From: a virus
Taxonomy: Duplodnaviria; Caudoviricetes
Length of the DNA stretch: 38,435 bases
Virus record (IMG/VR): IMGVR_UViG_3300036796_000104
Location: 1 to 38,435 of that record
Direction: 5' to 3' (one strand)
Shown here: positions 35,604 to 38,435 of the stretch, piece by piece
How the letters are laid out: each line of letters opens with the position of its first letter
Numbering within the stretch: position 1 is the first letter of the stretch
Notes under the pieces: generated by a model
What the model saw: only the letters and a program-made list of their open reading frames with translations
Databases searched by the model: none
Told to the model about the DNA's origin: nothing
Position numbers and translations under genes: made by a program

Positions 35604-36506
35604 CTATGGCTTCCCGGTATTATCATCAGCACGCAGTATGCGATTTTTTTGCTCGATGAGTTGCGCAGACATTGGCTGCTGTACTGCCTGACCAGGTGAC
35701 ATAAACCATTTATTATATAATTTATCAAATCGACCTGATCTGAACATGAATTTTATTTCTTCGTTAATAATATCCATCATGTCATTGGCATTTTTTGCGA
35801 CAACAAGACCATAAGCTAACTCATCTCCATAACCTTCGGGGCTCATCTGGTATTTTTCTTTTTCTGCTAGGTTGCTTAATTTACCAAGAATAATAATGTC
35901 GTCTGTTACAAATGCAGAAATATGCCCCTCCTCAAGTAAATTAAACCCTTCGTCAAAGTCTCGAACTAATTTGACGGAAATTGAATAATTATAAAGCTGG
36001 TTCATTTCTGTTAAAGCCTGTGCCGATGTTCCCCCACTTATTGCCCCAACGGTATGCCCGGCCAGCATTTCTGTGTTCATTATATTATCTGACTTCCTGG
36101 TCAGGTAATTCATTTTAGAATAAAACCATGGAGTAGAGAAATTCACCAGTTTAACTCTTTGCCCCGTGTTTGCAGCAATGGCACAGAGGATATCAGCTTG
36201 ATTGCTCGTAATAACTTCAAAGCGGGCGGCATTGGCAATCTTCAACCACTTTACATTTATATTGGTATTGTATCGTTTCTTCAAACTTTCGACCACGTCA
36301 AGACAGAGATCTATCGCCATGCCAGTTGGCTTGCCGTTTAATTGCCATGATATCGGTGGAGTATTATCAACCCACGCTAAGGTTATACTGTGGGTGCTGA
36401 GTACTTTATTCAGCACAGGATCAGCAAATGCATTCCCACAATATGACATCATAACTGTCAACAGAAAAGCAGCAATCGTTTTACAACGAGTTAAATGAAT
36501 AAACAA
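35604..36506 (-). CDS. Amino-acid ABC transporter substrate-binding protein (family 3, GltI-like)
   Basis: PTGMAIDLC, ADILC...NT.QR...VNFS.P.F, AFVTDDIIILG, GRFDKLYNKWFMSP; probable TTG start at 36506 behind GGAGG gives a signal peptide ending AFA. Confidence 0.88.
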   Translation of the reverse strand: MFIHLTRCKTIAAFLLTVMMSYCGNAFADPVLNKVLSTHSITLAWVDNTPPISWQLNGKPTGMAIDLCLDVVESLKKRYNTNINVKWLKIANAARFEVITSNQADILCAIAANTGQRVKLVNFSTPWFYSKMNYLTRKSDNIMNTEMLAGHTVGAISGGTSAQALTEMNQLYNYSISVKLVRDFDEGFNLLEEGHISAFVTDDIIILGKLSNLAEKEKYQMSPEGYGDELAYGLVVAKNANDMMDIINEEIKFMFRSGRFDKLYNKWFMSPGQAVQQPMSAQLIEQKNRILRADDNTGKP

Positions 36507-36804
36507 AAACAGGCCTCCATTAATAAAAATGGTCAAAAAAGAATAATTTTATAAAAATGCTAAAGATATATAACTATATTGTAATTGTTTTTAGGTCTAT
36601 TTCCCAATAATAGTCCTTGAGTTTAGCCTGTTCATTTTTTGACAATAAGAGTGTAATTCAGATTGGAAGCATGCAGTACAAGCTGGTGGCAGCGAAAAGT
36701 GATATAGATCACATTCATTAGCATCCTTACTATCCTGTCTGTACAATCACGCCCGGCCTATTCAGGCCAGTATTCATAACAATAAACCTGCAAAGACGAT
36801 AATT

Positions 36805-38295
36805 ATGACCACAACTCAAACTGAAGCACATAACCGGGAAAATTCCCTTTCCTATGTTTTGCGTAGCCCACGCCTGTTTGCACGAGAAACCCTTGCCGGG
36901 GTAGTCACCGCATTGGCGTTAGTCCCGGAGATAATTTCATTTTCGGTTATTGCTGGAGTTGACCCGAAAGTTAGCCTGGTTGCCTCCATTGTGTTGTGTC
37001 TATCTATGTCTTTTCTCGGTGGACGCCCTGCGATGGTCACTGCTGCTGCAGGCTCGGTGGCGTTAGTCATTGGCCCGATGGTGCATCAGCATGGGGTTGA
37101 ATACATTTTCCCAGCCGTATTGCTTGCGGGGTTGATACAGATTTTGTTTGGTGTGAGCGGGCTTGCGCGCATGATGCGCTATATACCGCTTTCTGTGATG
37201 ACTGGGTTTGTGAACGCACTCGGTATTCTGATTTTCTTTGCACAGGTACCCCATATTTGGGGAACTAACCCATTGGTTTGGGGGCTGTTCGCATTGACCC
37301 TGGCCATTGTTCTGTTCCTCCCGCGAGTGGTCAAATCTGTTCCGTCGCCGTTGGTGGCGGTGATTGCTATTACCACGCTGTGCTTAGGAATGGGTTTTTC
37401 TGTACCGACGGTAGGGGATTCGGGGCCGATGGCCGCAGGCTTGCCGGGGCTAACAGAACTGTTAGTGCCACTGAATCTGGATACATTACGGATTGTCTGG
37501 CCCTGTGCGTTGAGTATTGCGTTCGTTGGTTTAATGGAGTCTTTATTGACCGCCAAATTGGTTGATGAGTTGACCGACACACCTTCAAGTAAGCGTCGTG
37601 AATGCTGGGGATTAGGGCTATCCAATATCTTCGCGGGTTTCTACGGCGGTATCGCTGGATGCGCCATGATTGGCCAGACCATGGTGAATTTGGAACTTGG
37701 TAAAGGGCGCACGCGAGTGTCGACACTTGCCGCAGGCTTGGTATTGTTGCTGCTGGTCACCGGTTTGAGCGAATTGATGGCAAAGATCCCGATGGTGGTT
37801 TTAGCAGGGATCATGGTGATAGTGGCGGTGAAAACGCTGAACTGGCATAGCGTTAAGCCTGCCACATTAAAAAGGATACCTCTGCCGGAAACGCTGGTGA
37901 TGGTATTGACTGTAGCGGTGACCGTCGCAACGGGGAATCTGGCGCTTGGCGTGGTTGGTGGGGTTATCTTTGCAATGATTCTCTTTGCTCGCCGAATCGC
38001 ACACGTAGTACGTGCGCAAAGAACATTATCTGAAGACGGTAAATCTGTTCGTTATACGGTAACCGGGCCGCTGTTCTTTGCCAGTAGTAACGACTTGTTT
38101 GAACATTTCCAGTATGCCGATGATCCGCAGAACGTCATTATTGATTTGTCTCAGGCGCAAATATGGGATGTGTCGACTGTCGCGGTGCTTGATGCTATCG
38201 AAAACCGCTATCAACGCTATGAAAGTAAAGTGCAAATAGTGGGATTGGATGTACGGAGCAGTGACTTTCATCAACGGCTAAGCGGCAAAATCTGA
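36805..38295 (+). CDS. SulP/SLC26 family anion permease with C-terminal STAS domain
   Basis: LAGVVTALALVPE, GGRPAMVTAAAG, GFVNALGI, GCAMIGQT; GPLFFAS and IIDLS STAS motifs. Confidence 0.95.
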   Translation: MTTTQTEAHNRENSLSYVLRSPRLFARETLAGVVTALALVPEIISFSVIAGVDPKVSLVASIVLCLSMSFLGGRPAMVTAAAGSVALVIGPMVHQHGVEYIFPAVLLAGLIQILFGVSGLARMMRYIPLSVMTGFVNALGILIFFAQVPHIWGTNPLVWGLFALTLAIVLFLPRVVKSVPSPLVAVIAITTLCLGMGFSVPTVGDSGPMAAGLPGLTELLVPLNLDTLRIVWPCALSIAFVGLMESLLTAKLVDELTDTPSSKRRECWGLGLSNIFAGFYGGIAGCAMIGQTMVNLELGKGRTRVSTLAAGLVLLLLVTGLSELMAKIPMVVLAGIMVIVAVKTLNWHSVKPATLKRIPLPETLVMVLTVAVTVATGNLALGVVGGVIFAMILFARRIAHVVRAQRTLSEDGKSVRYTVTGPLFFASSNDLFEHFQYADDPQNVIIDLSQAQIWDVSTVAVLDAIENRYQRYESKVQIVGLDVRSSDFHQRLSGKI

Positions 38296-38435
38296 TGACA
38301 ACGTTTCGCGATGAAAAGACATACTTGAACATCAAATGACAAAACTGTGAATCTGCCGTTACTTTTAGATTATCGGTGCTGCTAGATTAGTACCAGTTCC
38401 AGAGTGAAACGGAGGTGCCAGAAAGTTTGAAACTG

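Noticed and set aside
1-38435. CRISPR array, tRNA/rRNA, IS element, retron or reverse transcriptase
   Set aside because: No regular repeat-spacer array, cloverleaf, transposase or YxDD-type RT ORF was recognised by eye; dedicated scans were not run.

Overview
Enterobacterial chromosome segment (yebZ 3' end, yebY, SdsR/RyeB sRNA) carrying an apparently intact ~34.5 kb P2/186-like prophage. It is integrated in the SdsR terminator between exact 23-bp att repeats (753-775 and 35299-35321) and is followed by an orphan amino-acid-binding protein gene and a SulP transporter. The full P2-type head, tail, lysis and replication gene set, the cos site and a 186-type switch (cI/apl/cII/tum) are recognisable. 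Main unusual points: (1) the int-att module is flipped relative to P2/186, so int lies behind ogr with its own LexA-boxed promoter; (2) the slot behind cI, where int normally sits, holds an 874-aa HD-domain/HSP90-like ATPase fusion, a candidate defence gene; (3) an AT-rich two-gene moron encodes a 2-TM protein and an exported HEXXH metallopeptidase; (4) a 39-aa membrane peptide lies behind a gtr-like GATC/OxyR-type element; (5) CI has a duplicated DNA-binding domain and a recurring candidate operator TTGC-N4-(G/T)CAA. All assignments come from visual motif recognition and synteny; no database searches were run.
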